A model generated the notes under the pieces. That model saw only the letters and a list, made by a program, of their open reading frames with translations. It made no database searches and was not told where the DNA came from. DNA of 64,000 nucleotides from a virus. The stretch lies in the IMG/VR virus record IMGVR_UViG_3300042882_000890, positions 1 through 64,000 of that record. One strand, written 5' to 3'. Below, piece by piece: positions 61,367 to 64,000 of the stretch (within the stretch, counting starts at the first letter, position 1; every line of letters starts with the position of its first letter). Position numbers and translations under genes: made by a program.

Positions 61367-63312
61367 TGGATTTAGATGATAAAATATACATAATAGATTT
61401 TGAGTCAGACGGACTCGTTGACCAAGCCACAAAGATATGGACTATGGGAGTCGGGTGGAAAGACAAAAAGGGGGAATGGAAAGTTAAGTCTACTACGAAT
61501 TATGATGATATGCGAAAAGTTCTTGGTAATCCGGAGAACACTGTAGTATGTCATAATATAATAAGGTTTGATGTACCTCTGTATGAGAAGATTATAGGAG
61601 AAAAAGTACAGGCAAACATTGTGGACTCCTTAGGGTTGTCTTGGTACTTGTACCCGGAAAGGGGACAAGGAGAGCATGGATTAGCTGTTTGGGGCGAGTT
61701 TTTTGGTGTGCCAAAACCTAAGATTGATGATTGGGAAAACCTTACTATAGAAGAGTACTGTCATCGTGTGGAAGAGGATATAAAAATCAACATTAAACTT
61801 TGGGTAAAACAATACGAATATCTCAAGGAAATCTACGAAGAGCCTAAAGACATAGCCAGAATTATCCACTACCTGAACTTTAAACTAACTTGTTTGAAAA
61901 TACAAGAGGACGAAAAGATTTTGATTGATATAAAGCAATGCCAAAAAAACTTAGATTTCTTACAAGGTATCGAAGGAGAGAAAAAAGGTTTATTAGAGGC
62001 TGCTATGCCAAAACTACCAATAATAAAAAATATGACTAAGCCAAAAGTGATGTTCAAGAAAAACGGTTCTCTGAGTATTGCCGGTACTAAGTGGTTTGAG
62101 ATATTAGAAGCAAATAATATACCGAGAGATTACGAAGGAGAATTAAACATTACAACGGGTTTTGAGGAGCCAAATGCAGGTAGTCCAACTCAAGTTAAAG
62201 ATTGGTTAATGAAACTTGGATGGAAACCTTTACTGTTTGAAGACGGTAGAAACGGTAAAGTCCCCCAAGTACGTGATAAAGATAAGATGCTTTGTAAAAG
62301 TGTTTTGGCTCTGAAAGAAGTTGAGCCGGCAATCGAACACTTAGAAGGGTTGTCTGTAGTGACACACAGAGCTGGGTATTTGAAAGGTTTCTTAGAAAAA
62401 GTAGATGAGAATGGTTACGCTGTAGCATTTGCCCACGGGTTCACAAAAACTCTAAGGTTGAAACATGCCAAGCCATTTGTTAACTTACCTAAACCTACAT
62501 CACCTTATGGGGATTTAGTTCGTGGTGTTATGATTGCACCGGAAGGGAGTGTGCTAGTTGGTTCCGATGTTAGTAGTTTGGAAGATAAAATGAAACAGAT
62601 TTCTATCTACCCCTATGACCCGGAGTATGTTGAAGATATGAATAGACCGGGATGGGATGCTCACCTTGATATTGGTATCCGAAGTGGTATGATTTCTCAA
62701 GATGAATCAGACTTTTTTAGATGGTATAAAAAGAAAGATAAAAAGATAGAGGATTTACCGGAGTCTTTCAAAGATTTTTCTGATGAGCGATTGTCTGAAG
62801 AGTTTGAAAAAGTAACTAAAAAAAGAGCTGTTGCTAAGACTGTTAACTATGCTTGTACATACGGTGCCGGTGTTGCTAAGATTGCAGAGTCTTCTAGTTT
62901 ACCTCAGAAAGATGCCAAAAAGTTACATGTTGGTTACTGGGATAGAAATTGGTCTGTTAAAAAATATGCTGAAGACCAAAGAGTAAAAAATGTTAATGGT
63001 AAGTCTTGGATTTGGAATCCTATTACTAATTTTTATTACTTCTTGGCTTCAGAAAAAGACCGCTTTTCTGCTTGTAATCAGTCTGCCGGTGTTCGAGTGT
63101 TTGATGGGTATGTGTATGAGATGATTAAACGTGGTGTAAAACCTATTTTTCAAGCCCATGACGAGGTTTTATTAAGAGTTAAGAATGAAGATGTGGATTC
63201 TACTACAAGTGCCCTTAAAGAGGCTATAAATAGAGTGAATGCACAATACAAGTTTCCAGTAGAGATTGAGATAGATATTCAAACAGGTATGAATTATGCA
63301 GAAGTACATTAA
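61366..63312 (+). CDS. DNA polymerase family A (T7-like)
   Basis: Exonuclease DFESD and HNIIRFD; motif A DVSSLE, motif B RAVAKTVNYACTYG, motif C HDE. Confidence 0.95.
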   Translation: MDLDDKIYIIDFESDGLVDQATKIWTMGVGWKDKKGEWKVKSTTNYDDMRKVLGNPENTVVCHNIIRFDVPLYEKIIGEKVQANIVDSLGLSWYLYPERGQGEHGLAVWGEFFGVPKPKIDDWENLTIEEYCHRVEEDIKINIKLWVKQYEYLKEIYEEPKDIARIIHYLNFKLTCLKIQEDEKILIDIKQCQKNLDFLQGIEGEKKGLLEAAMPKLPIIKNMTKPKVMFKKNGSLSIAGTKWFEILEANNIPRDYEGELNITTGFEEPNAGSPTQVKDWLMKLGWKPLLFEDGRNGKVPQVRDKDKMLCKSVLALKEVEPAIEHLEGLSVVTHRAGYLKGFLEKVDENGYAVAFAHGFTKTLRLKHAKPFVNLPKPTSPYGDLVRGVMIAPEGSVLVGSDVSSLEDKMKQISIYPYDPEYVEDMNRPGWDAHLDIGIRSGMISQDESDFFRWYKKKDKKIEDLPESFKDFSDERLSEEFEKVTKKRAVAKTVNYACTYGAGVAKIAESSSLPQKDAKKLHVGYWDRNWSVKKYAEDQRVKNVNGKSWIWNPITNFYYFLASEKDRFSACNQSAGVRVFDGYVYEMIKRGVKPIFQAHDEVLLRVKNEDVDSTTSALKEAINRVNAQYKFPVEIEIDIQTGMNYAEVH

Positions 63313-63817
63313 TAAATTAGCGGTTTTGTTTTTTGTAGCTCTATTTTTAGTAGGGTTTTCCAAAGTTTCCAAATCAGGATTAAAAAAGGGAGATACCATT
63401 GATTGCATAGAGGTTTACAAAGATAACAGAGAGATGAGAGTTTACTCAAAGGGTAAGCTTTTGAAGACTTATGATATAGCTTTAGGTTTTAGACCTAGAG
63501 GTAAGAAGCACTTCCAGGGGGACGGAAAGACCCCCGAAGGTGTGTATTACATAAACGATAAGAACCCGAATAGCATAGCTCATAAAAACTTAGGTGTATC
63601 TTACCCAAATTCTGAGGATATAAGGTATGCTAGAGAAAGTGGAATGTCGCCTGGTGGAGAGATAAAAATCCATGGTCTTATGAAAAAATGGAAGTTCTAT
63701 GGTAGCTTTCATAAGTATGTAGATTGGACTGGCGGTTGTATAGCTGTAACAAATTCCGAGATGGATGAGTTATATAAGCATGTTAAAATAGGTGCTAAAA
63801 TAAAAATTTTTGAATAA
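63296..63817 (+). CDS. YkuD-family L,D-transpeptidase/carboxypeptidase
   Basis: Signal/TM helix; GDGKTPEG, IKIHG and WTGGCIA motifs. Confidence 0.9.
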   Translation: MQKYINKLAVLFFVALFLVGFSKVSKSGLKKGDTIDCIEVYKDNREMRVYSKGKLLKTYDIALGFRPRGKKHFQGDGKTPEGVYYINDKNPNSIAHKNLGVSYPNSEDIRYARESGMSPGGEIKIHGLMKKWKFYGSFHKYVDWTGGCIAVTNSEMDELYKHVKIGAKIKIFE

Positions 63818-64000
63818 AAGCTTGCAGGATTAAAAAACAGTTCGTATCTTTGCAAAATAAAATTAGAAAATATGGTATTAATATCTTTATTAGCTCTAGC
63901 GATGGTTGTTGAGGGCATCTGGTCTCCGAGATTTGATTATATCTCTAAAGAGAATATGTTATTGTTACACTACAATAAAAAGTGGTCAAGAAATTATTTA

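Noticed and set aside
14573-63918. Minus-strand short ORFs of the track in the plus-strand region (e.g. 48920-49135, 49135-49317, 29877-30098)
   Set aside because: Antisense to real genes or RNAs; 48920-49135 is the shadow of the 54-aa lipoprotein.
1-64000. Stop-codon reassignment as in some crAss-like phages
   Set aside because: Conserved genes are full length in the standard code, TAG is used as a stop, and no suppressor tRNA was seen.
1-64000. Diversity-generating retroelement, retron, integrase or prophage boundary
   Set aside because: No reverse transcriptase, integrase or host chromosomal genes were recognised in the window.

Overview
This is a 64 kb, AT-rich segment of a large lytic tailed phage of a Bacteroidota (probably Flavobacteriaceae-like) host. 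The host is inferred from about 30 copies of the Bacteroidetes housekeeping promoter (TTTG-N19..21-TAnnTTTG). Bases 1-13.4 kb (minus strand) carry a crAss-like/Lightbulbvirus-style virion module: HU-like protein, terminase, portal, scaffold, probable major capsid protein and connector. The rest is on the plus strand. 14-25.4 kb holds an SF2 helicase, RecA, PhoH, SSB, GroEL with a divergent GroES, PRTase, thioesterase, thioredoxin, a ClpP-like protein and a glycosyltransferase. A probable genome-end/origin region lies at 25.4-26.2 kb. An early host-takeover region of small, often acidic ORFs (26-42 kb) includes DUF932, a SAM-lyase candidate and DenV. Nucleases, an RNA island (48.3-50.2 kb), NrdAB, dUTPase, a DnaB-like helicase, dNMP kinase, DNA polymerase A and an L,D-transpeptidase follow. 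The best finding is the RNA island: an ORF-free array of structured RNA modules, a small lipoprotein, a tRNA-like element, an HNH gene, a circularly permuted (two-piece) tmRNA with a G3:U70 acceptor stem and tag GDVYQLGGVQLRAVA, and a tRNA-CAU. A second large structured ncRNA candidate lies at 13.55-13.9 kb. All calls come from manual motif and base-pair reading; no searches were run.
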